Positions 50,969 through 62,429 of a DNA stretch of 64,000 bases are shown here, in pieces. Both the position numbers and the translations under genes were made by a program. How positions within the stretch are numbered: position 1 is the first letter of the stretch; each line of letters begins with the position of its first letter. The DNA comes from Carcharhinus amblyrhynchos (lineage: Eukaryota), in assembly GCA_965287045.1 (NCBI GenBank), contig OZ336895.1, positions 31,806,001 to 31,870,000 on the forward strand, in the 5' to 3' direction. The notes below the pieces were generated by a model. It worked only from the letters and a program-made list of their open reading frames with translations. It was not told the origin of the DNA and made no database searches.

Positions 50969-53278
50969 ACAGATAATAACTTGTTTGATCCTGCCCCAGC
51001 AATGCAACTTTGCAGGAACCTCAGAGAGCACTGCCCATTGCATCAGTGTAGCATTTCTATACTTTAGACAATCTGCTGGCTTTGATTAGTGAGATTGGCA
51101 ACTTAAACCTGATTTAGGGCCCAGCATAAGTGTGCAGATAATAGGCCCACATGAAACAATCTCTCCCATGCCTTCTCCATTGTGAGATGGGATTTCAGCC
51201 CCCTCCCCCTACTTCCATGATGCTGGATATGTTTTGTTAGGAGACAGGGTTCATGGCACCTCACAGTAGTTGTTAACTGTGGAAGAAGCCTAGCCTCGAG
51301 TCAGGAATATATTGAAAAGGAATTGTCAATCTGTTGACTTCACATGACATGAATTAATGACGTATAACAAATTCAATATGTTTTTAATTCAGTGATTAAT
51401 GAAAGGGCTTTTTTTAAAAAAGATAAATAATTATTAAATTGATGAATAGTGTGAAAGTGTTCAAATGCATTAGAGTACTTAGTCTGTGGATAAAGTGTTC
51501 TTCCACATTCAACTGTGCTGAGATTAGATTTCATGGTGTTAATTCCCCCCGTGATTTAAATCTTTTCTTTGATTGACAGTCCTTTCATCAGCTCAGTCTT
51601 TGAATCAGTGGAGCTATCTGCTCCATGGCTTTTAGAGGCTTCATAAAATTCAGCTCTAGAAGCTTTGTTGATACTGCTTTAGAATCCCATTATGAATGTT
51701 TGCATGGATTCCAAGCACCACTCATTGTTTAGCTCAGCAGAGTTTATTTATATAGTTGGCAAGGAGACAAAGAGTTTTGTTTTGATTCACAGTTTTGTGA
51801 ACATTTAGTAGGATTAGTTTGTTAAAGAGCTTTTGAATTGTTGTTTGTTTATTTTGATAGTTTTATGAGCACTTAAGAGGATTACCTTTCGAATGTAATT
51901 TCAATGATTGTGTTTGATTGACAGTTTTATGAGCATCTAAGAGGATTAAATTTTTTAAAGATGTTTTTGACTGGCTTTTTTTTTATTTTGACAGTTTTGT
52001 AAGCATCTCAAAGAATTCCCATTGTTATTATAGGGCTCATGAGTTCTGTCCATAGTGGATATTCAGTGAGTGGGAATGAGAAAATGGAGAGGACGTGGGG
52101 AGTATGGAAAAGGCATGGGGGACATGAGGAGCTATGAAGGGTGAGTGAGTGGAGGAGTGAAAGGAAGTGAGAAATAAGGACTAGAACAATTAGCACTCAT
52201 TTACAGAACTGGCCCAATGGCCCAGTGAATAGAGGTGGCCTTGTAACCACCTCAGCCTCCTACCATCTCCATACCCACCTCCAGTCAAATTCCAGACCAC
52301 CATGAGAATATTGTGGGTGGCAGCTGCCAGGCAAGGAGGCTGGATCACAACTTTGAGAATTACCTGACACCCAATCCCCACCTAAGGATAAACCTAAGGG
52401 TAGACTAAGATATCAATTTGGGGTAATGAGTGGAGAAGAAAAGTACCATGGTCCCAGATTTTGTGGCAGGCGTTTGGAGAAAATGAAGAGTTGTTGGTGA
52501 GATGAGGTGATGTTGGGAGAGAACTTCCTAGAGGGATCAAGGGATATGGGGGAAAGGGGGAACAAGGATATTGAATTTGATGATCAGCGATGATCATAAT
52601 GAATGACGGAGCAGGTTCAAAGGGCTGAATGGTCAGTTTCTAGTTTCTATGTTTCTAACTCCAAAAGGCAGGGAGTATTGTACCTGAAAGAACAGGCAAA
52701 AGAGGGAGTAATGCTACATTTTTCTTCATAAAGGCGAAAACTGACATAGTTGTGCATCGAAGGCATTACGTATGCCATGGGTTAACAGCATAATGAGTGA
52801 AAATGCCACAGTGCAATTGTGATAAAATGTCTTTTCATGTGTAGATTTCACTGGCAGATGGCAAAAAGCGATGTTGGCACGACCAGAAGATGAAATAAAT
52901 TGGAGGAAATTAGTTCTGCCAATTAGAATAGAGGAAATTTGGCAGTGAGGGAGTGAGATAATATGTTTTTTTCTGTATGTGTTAGGTAGTGGAACAGTTT
53001 GGCAGTTTAGACGCCCAGGTTGGGATTTCCCACTCACCTCCTGCCGGTTTTCAGATGACTGTTGGGTGGACAAGAACTGGTAATTTCTTGGAATTTTCCT
53101 CAACTTAATGCTCAAACACCCCATCCTCCCATTGGTGCCCTCCGACTCCTGAACTCCATCCATTAACGAAACTGACAGGGGAAAGCAAATGAATTGCAAA
53201 CTAGAGAAATATGCCCTCCAATGTACTTCTCAGGCTGGCACAGATTCGATGGGCTGCAGGGCCTTGTTCTGTGCTATA

Positions 53279-54045
53279 AGGGTGGTGAAGAAGGCGTTTA
53301 GCTCACTGGCTCATCAGTCAGAGCACTGAGTACGGGAGTTGGGTTATTACGTTACGGTTGTATAAGTCGTTGCTAAGGGAGCATTGTGTACAGTTTTGGT
53401 CACCCTGTTATAGGGAAGACATTGATAGACTGTAAAGAGTGCAAAGAAGATTTGCGAGGTTGCTGCCAGAACTAGTGGGCCTGATTGTAGAGAGAGGTTG
53501 ACCAGGCTAGGGCTTAATTCTTCAAAGAATATGGATGGAGTTCAGGGGTCAGAGGGCACCAATGAGGGGGCGGGGAAAGTTCCAAGAAATTACCAATTCT
53601 TGTCCACCCAACATCCATCTGAAAACCGGCAGAAGGTGAGTGGGAAATCCCAACCTGGGTGTCTAAACTACCAAACTGTTCCACTACCTAACACGTATAT
53701 AAAAACAAGAGGTGACCTTATTGAGGTATCTGAAATCATGAGGGGCATAGATAGGATGAACGCACATAATCTTTTTTCTCAGGGAAGGCGAATTTTCAAC
53801 TAGAGGGCATGGGTTTAAGGTGAGAGGGGTAAGATTTAAAAGGGTCAACTTTTTCATTCAGAGGGTGGTGTGTATATGGAATGAGCTGCCAGAGAAAGTG
53901 GTTAAACAGATGCAGTAGCAATGTTTAAAAAACATTTGGATAAGTACGTGGCTGGGAAAGGATTAGAGGAATATGGACCAAACATGGACTATTGGGAATA
54001 GCTGGGAGGGCACCATGATCGGCATGGACCTGTTGGGCCGACAAT
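53279..54045 (+). mobile_element. CR1 3' fragment interrupted by an inverted local duplication (53531-53707)
   Basis: CR1 frame ..ERLTRLGL breaks, then resumes at RGDLIEV. Confidence 0.85.
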
Positions 54046-54202
54046 GATTCTTATCTTCAGGATGTTGTTTATTCCAGATATTCTGTGTTCCAATGAAGGC
54101 AGCAATGGTGAACATGAATGGGTGGTTAGAACATTGTGATGTGTTTGTGAGCAAGCTGTATCTTTTTGTCAACAAATTCATCAGTTTTCTTAGAACAAGA
54201 TG

Positions 54203-54945
54203 CCATAGAGCCATAGAAAATTACAGCTCAGAAACAGGCCTTTTGGCCCCTGTTGTCTGTCCCAAACCACTTTTTGCCTAGTCGCACTGACCTGCACTTG
54301 AACCATATCCCCCCACCCCTCTCATCCATGAACCCGTCCAAGTTTTTCTTAAATGTTAAAAGTGACCCCGCATATACCACTCCATCCGGCAGCTCATTCC
54401 ACACTCTCACCACTCTCTGCGTGACAAATCCCCCCCTAATATTCCCTTTAAACTTTTCTCCTTTCACCCTTAACCCATGCCCTCTGGTTTTTTTTCTCCT
54501 CTAGCCTCAGTGGAAAAAGCCTGCTTGCATTCATTCTATCTATACCCATCAAACTCTTATACACCTCTATCAAATCTCCCCTCATTCTTCCACGCTCCAG
54601 GGAATAAAGTCCTAACCTATTCAATCTCTCTCTGTAACTCAGCTTCTCAAGTCCCGGCAACATCCTTGTGAACCTTCTCTGCACTCTTTCAACCTTATTT
54701 ACATCCTTCCTGTAACTAGGTGACCAAAACTGTACACAATACTCTAAATTCAGCCTCACCAATGCCTTATACAACCTTACCATAACACTCCAACTTTTAT
54801 ACTCGATACTCCAATTTATAAAGGCCAATGTTCCAAAAGCACTCTTTACGACCCTATCCACCTGTGACACCACTTTTAAGGGATTCTGTATTCCCAGATC
54901 CCTCTGTTCAACTGCACTCTTCAGAGTCCTACCATTTACCCTGTA
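54203..54945 (-). mobile_element. CR1 3' fragment
   Basis: EQRDLG...LYKALVRLNLEYCVQFWSPSYRKD...RGDLIEVYK. Confidence 0.92.
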
Positions 54946-55117
54946 ATTTAATTGTGGCATGGGTTAATTAAATGTTATTTTGCTGATAAAAGGGCAACAC
55001 ATAGTGTGAGTGGACCAATAACACATCTTATTTGGTCCAATAGACTGAATTTGCCTAAAGCATCATGAGCAACATACTACCCACTTTTCACTGAGCTCTT
55101 GTTTCTCACACATACAG

Positions 55118-55267
55118 ACCTGGCTGCTGCGCAGGACCCGGAACAAAATACAACTCCTCCAACGGGTTTCCAGATGAGATGTTGAATTTCGTGAAGACCC
55201 ACCCACTGATGGACGATACTGTTCCCTCACTCAGCCACGGACCCTGGATTATAAAGACAACCATCAG
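55118..55267 (+). CDS. SEMA6B: Semaphorin-6B internal exon, 150 bp
   Basis: atacag acceptor, AG|gtgata donor, phase 2 to 2. [49 protein letters not shown]. The gene continues beyond the window. Confidence 0.95.
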
Positions 55268-55741
55268 GTGATACTGAAAGACACAGGCAGCAGAAATGTA
55301 TTTTAGTCATGCTTCTGTGCGGAATGTGTTTACTAGAACCTTCCATTTTGTTGGAGCTGTTCTGCCTGAATTTAACAGTGCTGTATTATTACTGCAGCAA
55401 CCATTGTGACCGGCAGGTGATCCTAATGACACGATTTTAAAAAATGATAGTGAAATTCAGTCCTAGAATGGGCTTGCTGACACACAGCAGCACGTTTCAG
55501 GATGATTTGAGGCTCAAATGAGAGGCAGCACAGGTTCTTGGATAGGGCTCTGGAGGGTCTTGGTGGAGGAGGGATAAAGGAGAAGGAATGTCGAGGGGAA
55601 GGAGTCCAACTGACACTCCCGGCATTCCCTCATCCAGCAGCTGGTTCTGCTCTGCCTGGTCTCATCCTCTCCCACCATTCCTTCCACCAGATGCCTACCA
55701 GATTACCTCAACATCTCTTTCCTCATCTCCATAGGGATAAT

Positions 55742-55948
55742 TGTTCAAGCCTCACGGTTGCTGTAGAGTAAAGAAGTCACAAGTTCTGTTTCTTCATAAA
55801 ATACCTTTATTTCTTTGATCCAACTCCACACATAACAACAGATATTGCCACTTGTGGTCCCCTTATATATCAGTGAGTTCAATTGAATAATTGACGTCAA
55901 CTTAGGACTCAATTGGAAGGTCTGTTAACCCATTCCCCATCCCTAACA
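55742..55948 (-). mobile_element. Solo LTR, 207 bp
   Basis: TGTT...AACA termini, exact 5-bp TSD ATAAT (55737-55741 and 55949-55953), and minus-strand TATA and AATAAA. Confidence 0.85.
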
Positions 55949-57049
55949 ATAATGACTAGTTCCTTTGTACAAGATACCATAATAGGCAATCATTTCATCT
56001 CTTTCTACCCAATATTATCTTATCACAATGGGTGTCTCCTTGATGGTTTCTGGCCATCCTTTCCATCATTATATCCTGCAGCACTCGGAAAGTTGCATCT
56101 TGCTGTGTAGTTTGTTTCATCTGAGTAAGACATCTGAAGTCAGATTTAATGTCTTTGCTGGGTTGATGATTTCCAGAGCATTCCGAGCTGTTGCTTCTTG
56201 TTAAATCTGGAAGAATTCACAGTCTGTACAAGCATCAGCAGTTTCTTCAAAGGGAATGTGGCTCTCGACAACGATTCCCACCTACTTCCCTTACTTGTTC
56301 TCCACATCCCAGTGATGTCTCAGCAAACAAAGGAACATCCTTTGGAGCAGACAGAAGCGGTTAGGGAAGCTGCTTTGAAGTGGCCTGTGGTCAGAATCTA
56401 CCATCACGTAATCTGTCCCAAACAGGTCCCGAGTAAAGTGCTCACAAGCAAAGACACTCTTCTCAATCTGTGTATAGAGGTATTGGGCAGGATTTCCTGG
56501 CTCTCCTGCCAGCAATGTTGTGTTGCGGCTTTCTGGCACCATCAGGAGAATAGAGGCTTTGTTAGGAACGAAAGGTATTTATTGATAAGAGAAACTTGGT
56601 ACAGGAGGTTTGCAGCTCCAGGCAGCCCTGGAACAGAGCTCCAGTCTTTACCTGCTTACTACATGGCTGCTCAATGATTCTGCCTTGGAGAAGACTCCAC
56701 CCTTTGGGGTGATCACTCACTCTCAATTTTCATTGCTTCCCCAAGTCAGGTGACTGACTTCTGCTGTACTGTCTTAAAGAAACAGACACCACATACAGGG
56801 CGTCCCTTTAATGTTCTTAAACAATCTGTAAAGTTGATTTACTCAACCCACTTTCTAAAGAAGCATTGTAAGTTAGATATTTGTAAATCAATGTTCAATG
56901 AAGGGTTTGTGAGGCTTGCATTTTACATAACACTTCTTCTAGAAACCTTCTATGCACAGTTCCAAATATAGTCTTCCATGGGATTCTTCCATACAGGTTT
57001 GCTGCTTTCCAAGTTCCATCCTAAACTGTGTGGTCACCATGGTTGATAA

Positions 57050-58885
57050 ACTTTACTCTCCAGATAGTGCCACTCTCTAACCTTTGTGGATCCTTTTCTC
57101 TGTCAAGCACCTCACTCTACACAGCAGGCAGGTACCATCATCTCAAAACAATACAGTCTTACATCTTGACAGTTCTTGTACAATCTTGTTTTGCAACCTG
57201 TGAAGGAAATGGCCATGGTACTCTATGACTGGTACTTAGGTCATGTGATAAAGTTTCTTCTCTTTCTAGCATTTCTTCTCAATATGTTTTCCATTGACCA
57301 TGTTGGGCCTTGTGCATTTCTATTAGTGTGACCATTTCAGCAATCTGCCATGTATTCTGAGGTTCCTTCTCCTGAATTGCTGCTTTGTCTAGCTCTCTCT
57401 AGCACATCTCCTTCAGCTGAGTGGCTTCATTTACCAATCTCTTCCTTTCATCTTCTGTATCAACCAATCTTCTGCTTAAACATGAGTTGTTCTTTATTCA
57501 ATACATATGCTTTTCTATCCTTTCAGTTTATCTGTTACTGACTGTCTTCCAAGATGAATCCATCATTTCCTCCTATCAACATTTAGTAATCTCTTCCTTC
57601 TCATGCTTTACATTTCGTAGAATCCCTACAGTACAGATGGAGGCCATTCGGCCCATTGAGTCTACACTGACCACAATCTCACCCAGGCCTTATTCCTGTA
57701 ACCTCTCATATTTACCCTGCTAATCCCCCTATATTATGATCAATTTAGCATGACCAATCAACCTAACCTGCACATCTTTGGACTGTGGGAGGAAACCAGA
57801 GCACCCGGAGGGAACCCATGTAGGCAGGGGGAGAACATACAAACTCCATACAGCCATTGACCCAAGCCAGGTATTGAACCCAGAACCCTGGCGCTGTGAG
57901 ACAGCAGCGCAAGCTACTGTGCCACTGTGCCATCCTTTATGTTTTCAGAAAACTGGCACATTCCTATTTGTTGTAGTTGCATCAAACTGTACTTCTACGT
58001 TCAACATTTCTACCTTTTTGTTGTTTTTAATTAAACAATTCTCCTGAATTGCTAACTTGTTCAACAGTTGTGTTTTTTCTTTGGGTTTGCCCATTGCTAA
58101 GTCCTCCTCAGCACCCTTGAATACCGGACAGTTTCTGCCTCTCTGCAGAACGCCAAATTCTCCAGCTCATTTGTGTATTTCACACGACTGGTAATTTGAA
58201 CATTCAACTGGCTCTCTAGAGAATTCCCAATAATGGCTCAGGTGAATGATGGCTCTGCTCTAATTTCTGCTTCAACAGTATGGTGACTCTTGCAGTGGAT
58301 GATACAAAATGTTGTATATCAGCACCGTGGATCAAATCCTTGAAGTGCTTCTCTGAGACAATCAGGTCTCTCATTGATCACAAAACTGATCGCATCCCTT
58401 ACATGGGATTTCCTTGGCTCGTCTCGAGTTCCATGTTATGACCTCTGTTGCTGAGTTCCGCTTATGCTGTTTCTCTTGACCCCTTTTACCTTTTATTCAC
58501 ATCTTCATGCGCTAACTCCAGTTGCTTCACCGCTTGCTGGTTGTACAGTTCCTTATGAGCATGAACAGAAATTTCCTAGCAACTTCCACCTTTCTCATCA
58601 TGCATGTTTTTATTTAGCTTTGATGTAGCTGGGCTGCTTCTCATTCAGCTTACGGGTCATAAACCTTCACCTCATATTCTAGTTGCTGCAGTTCTCAGTG
58701 AAGAGTATCCAATTCTTTTCTTTTCACTCACTCTATTTCTTTTCTGTGGCTTTCCTTATTTTAAAATTGATTGCAGCTTTATCGTTTGCTTATAGTTTAT
58801 TGCTACAGCTTCAAGGAACTTCTCATTTCAATAATATAAGAATGGGATGAAACTCTGTTTTCCTTTCAGCTCTTCACTCAGTCAT
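57050..58885 (-). pseudogene. SMC1B: Processed, rearranged SMC1 (SMC1B-like) cohesin fragment
   Basis: With frameshifts and stops: KSHVRDAISFVINE..LR.KHFKDLIHGA..SSTARVT; SFT*AIIGNSLE..LN...YTNELENL; RNCPVFKGAEEDLAMGKPKEKTQL.EQVSNSGEL; ELQQLEYEVKVYD.RKLNEKQPSYIKAK; RGHNMELETSQ. Weaker hinge remnants HGRLLKWSH and PQRL.VALSG. A versus B paralog assignment is tentative. Confidence 0.85.
57616..57935 (-). mobile_element. HE1-like V-SINE, type A, inserted in the SMC1 cargo
   Basis: Full copy; SMC1 homology resumes on both sides. Confidence 0.88.
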
Positions 58886-59158
58886 TTAGGGGCTTTTGGT
58901 GCCTTTTTTGTGTCTTTTGTTGCCCTCCTAAGATCTTTAATTGCCTACTCTGAGTCTGGCATTGTCTGTTCCTTGAGGTCTTAATTTCCTCCTTTGAGGC
59001 CCTGCATTGCCTGTGACCCCCTTTTTAGAGTTGCCTTCCGTCTGAAGTCTTCTTTGACTTTTCTGACCCTTGTTCTCTTGTTCCTTCTTCTGGTTGTTTA
59101 ATTAAAAGTTGTACTACTTAAAATGTATTACCGCTTTAAGACTGTCAGCATCTTTTAA

Positions 59159-60418
59159 TGAGGATGTGTCTAGGGCGGTGGATAGAGGAGAGCCGGTGGA
59201 TGTGGTCTTTCTAGATTTTCAGAAGGCGTTTGACAAGGTACCTCACAAGAGGTTATTGCAGAAGGTCGAGGGACATGGAGTTGGGGGTAGGGTGTTAGCG
59301 TGGATAGAGGATTGGTTGTCAAATAGGAGGCAGAGAGTGGGGGTCAACGGGTGCTATTCGGATTGGCGGATGGTGACTAGTGGACTGCCCCAGGGGTAGG
59401 TGCTGGGGCCTCAGCTTTTTACCATTTATATAGATGATCTGGAGGAGGGAACTGAGTGTATGGTGTCGAAATTTGCTGATGACACCAAGATTGGGGGAAA
59501 GGCAAATTGTGCGGAGGGTGTGGAGAGTCTGCAGAAGGATCTAGATAGGCTGGGCGAATGGGCCAGGAAATGGCAAATGGAATTTAATGTTGGCAAGTGT
59601 GAGGTGGTCCACTTTGGTAGGAAGAATGGTAGGAAGGACTATTACTTACGGGGCGAAAAACTGCAGCAGGCGGCGGTGCAGAGGGACCTCGGGGTCCTTG
59701 TGCATGAGTCGCAAAAACCCAGCTTGCAGGTGCAGCAGGTGGTCAGGAAGGCGAATGGGATGCTGGCCTTCATAGCGAGGGGGATTGAATATAAAAGTAG
59801 GGAGGACTTGCTGCGGCTGTATAGGGCATTGGTGAGGCCGCAGCTGGAGTACTGTGTGCAGTTTTGGGCGCCGCACCTGCGCAAAGATATTTTGGCCTTG
59901 GAGGGAGTGCAGAGGAGGTTTACTAGGCTGATACCGGAGTTGAGGGGGTTGAGCTATGAGGAGAGGCTGAATAAACTAGGCTTGTACTCGTTAGAGTTTA
60001 GAAGAATGAGGGGAGATCTCATTGAGACGTATAAGATGATGAATGGGATGGATAGGATAGAGGTGGAGAGACTCTTCCCGCTCAAAAAAGACAGTAGGAC
60101 TCGGGGGCACAGCCTCAAGATAAAGGGGGGGCGGTTTAGAATGGAGTTGAGGAGGAACTTCTTCACTCAAAGGGTGGTGAATCTCTGGAATTCTCTGCCC
60201 GTTGAAGTGGTGGAGGCTGCCTCGCTAAATATTTTTAAGACGCGGGTTGATGGGTTTTTTGATAAGAGAGGGGATTAAGGGTTATGGGGAGAGGGCGGGA
60301 ATGTGGAACTGAGCAGCGACAGATCAGCCATGATCTTATTGAATGGCGGGGCAGGCTCGAAGGGCTAGATGGCCTACTCCTGCTCCTATTTCTTATGTTC
60401 TTATGTTCTTATGTTCTT
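59159..60418 (+). mobile_element. Young 5'-truncated CR1 (RT domain plus C-terminus)
   Basis: VDVVFLDFQKAFDKVPH, SGLPQG*VLGP and SKFADDTK. One stop at 59397-59399 and a late frameshift. (gttcttat)n tail; CpGs retained. Confidence 0.96.
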
Positions 60419-60773
60419 TAACTGCCATAGGGGCAGTTTATCGTTCTCTCTGTGCTTTTCCCACACTGTTGTGGTTTTTACAGGAAGCTACCAAGAAGCT
60501 CCTCCTTCGTGGATGCTTTTTTTGGATTGTTAACTTCTCTTTGGTGGAGGATTTTTACAAGAATTTGTGCAGCTTTTAATTTTCTTGGCTGAAGAGTGTG
60601 ATGTGACATTCTTTCTGTTAATCCCACCACAGTGGGAGCTGTCCGTTTCAGAACCATTATTTTCTTTTAACTTTTTAACGTATTTTCTTTTTCAAAGGAC
60701 TGCCTTCATCTGAATATTTTCAGACAATACTGCACCCCTTAGTGCAGGGATGGTTCCCTGCTGGCTTTACAAA

Positions 60774-61120
60774 GGACGCAATGGCCTAGTGGTATTATTG
60801 CTAGACTATTAATCCAGAAACTTAGCTAAGGTTCTGGGGACCCGGGTTCGAATCCCGCCACAGCAGATGGTGGAATTTGAATTCAATAAAAAAAATCTGG
60901 AACTAAAAATCTACTGATGACCGTGAAACCATTGTTGATTGTTGGAAAAACCCATCTGGTTCACTGATATCCTTTAAGAAAGGAAGTCTGCTGTTCTTAC
61001 CTGGTCTGGCCTACATGTGACTCTAGAGCCACAGCAATGTGGTTGACTCTGAACTAGGGACGGGCAATAAATGCTGGCCAGCCAGTGATGCCCATGTCCC
61101 ACGAATGAATTAAAAAAAAA
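60774..61120 (+). mobile_element. SINE family 3
   Basis: A box tggcctagtgg, B box ggttcgaatcc, core, tail and A-rich end. Confidence 0.88.
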
Positions 61121-61640
61121 GGCTTTGTTCAGATTGAGAGGACTACAAATCTCTTCACTTTTCCACACTTTTCACATAAGTTTTTCAGTTCCTGAGACTT
61201 TCATTTTTCTCCTTTTTTACTTCAGAACTTTTCAACTGCGGCCAATATCTTCTTCAAAAAAAAATTTCTTCCAGATTTATCTTTTTTGAGTCTGAAACAA
61301 ATCTTTCTTTTAGCTGGCTATATCTTTCTTTTGTAAAAAGATATCTCCTATCCTTTCTCTTCCTAATTTCCTTTTCCTCGCTCCTGATTCTAACCGCTCT
61401 TCATTCCAATTTTTTTTTTTAAAAATCTTTCAAGAACTCAAAATTTCAAGATTTCAGAAAATATCTTTCAAGATCTCTTTACTTGCCAGTAACACCGGGT
61501 TCAGTGTTTCAACTGCCCCTCCAGGCCAAGCACTGGCTCAACAAGTTTCGCTACGTCTGTTTGCTAAGTCAAGCAGTATCCCTCCTTTCCAACTTTAGTT
61601 AAACCAGATACTCACAGGGAGGCTGTGCCATTCAATAGAT

Positions 61641-61657
61641 TCCCATCCTTGTTGCCA
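61641..61657 (-). promoter_or_regulatory. Primer-binding site, tRNA-Ser(GCT) type
   Basis: Minus strand TGGCAACAAGGATGGGA, 3 nt inside the LTR. Equals TGGCGACGAGGATGGGA after two CpG transitions. Confidence 0.75.
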
Positions 61658-62429
61658 GTATGTTGTGTTGAGGCTTTCTAGCCTCAAGAAGCAGTTTGTG
61701 ACATTGTTAGGAACGTAAGATACTTATTGATAATAGAAACGTGATACAGGAGGTTTATGCAGCATGAAGGCTGCCCCGGGGCAGTGCTCCAGTCTGTACT
61801 TGCTTATTACATGGATGATTCTGCTTGAGATAGGACTCTACCCTCATCACTCATTCTCTCCTTCCATTGGTCCCTCAAGTCAGGTGACTTCTACTATACT
61901 GTCTTAAAGAGACAGCCACCACATACACAACAAGTGAGATCTTCCAGTCCCACTGATGGCAAGGCCCTGCCACGGATTCCCCGGTGATGGAGGGTGCCAA
62001 TAACAGGAAACCCTGTTGACAGCGGTGTGACCTGCCCAATTGCGGGCTGCCTCCGCTCCTCAAAATAAATTCCACCCATTCGTTTTGTGTTAATGCCTTA
62101 GATGCAAACACAGCTGGGTATCCTTGCCACATGAGGGTTCCTGCAAGTCCTGTTAGTCTGGCATCACACTGCAGGGCGACTTCGTCATTAACATTAGAGT
62201 AGCGAATCCTGAACATATTTTGTAGTGAACATGTGTCGAGGTTTGCATACTGATGACAAGCTGGGCAAGAGCCTTGTTAGTTAGTTCACAAGTCCAACAA
62301 ATTGTTACATTGCCTTCACATCCGTTGGTTGCATCTCTGCTACAGCTCGTATTTCATCAGGATGAAGTTCTTTTGCCATCTGAACATGACCTGTGTACTT
62401 GATCTTTGTGATAACTCCCAGGACTTGCA

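Larger units (their letters stand above)
56516..61927 (-). mobile_element. Non-autonomous LTR element carrying SMC1-derived cargo
   Basis: Diverged direct repeats 56516-56797 and 61661-61927 (tgttgtgttg.ggctttct...cttaaaga.acag..accacataca), a PBS beside the right repeat, and flanks cagcaa/caacaa as a possible TSD. I recognise no gag/pol inside. Confidence 0.82.
56485..62077. mobile_element. Harbinger-type MITE split by an LTR element (arms 56485-56515 and 61928-62077)
   Basis: TIRs gggcaggattt / aaattccaccc and 3-bp TSD ATT (56482-56484, 62078-62080). Confidence 0.8.

Noticed and set aside
51788-52017. CRISPR array
   Set aside because: Degenerate non-palindromic repeats, low-complexity related spacers, eukaryotic context.
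1214-55267. Assignment to SEMA6A, 6C or 6D
   Set aside because: [30 protein letters not shown] and [10 protein letters not shown] fit SEMA6B best from memory; a phylogeny or synteny check would be decisive.
57050-58885. Functional nested SMC1 gene
   Set aside because: Many stops and frameshifts, no exon 1 or intact Walker A, scrambled order, and a SINE insertion.
59109-60278. Active reverse transcriptase gene
   Set aside because: 5'-truncated CR1 with no endonuclease, an in-frame stop and a terminal frameshift.
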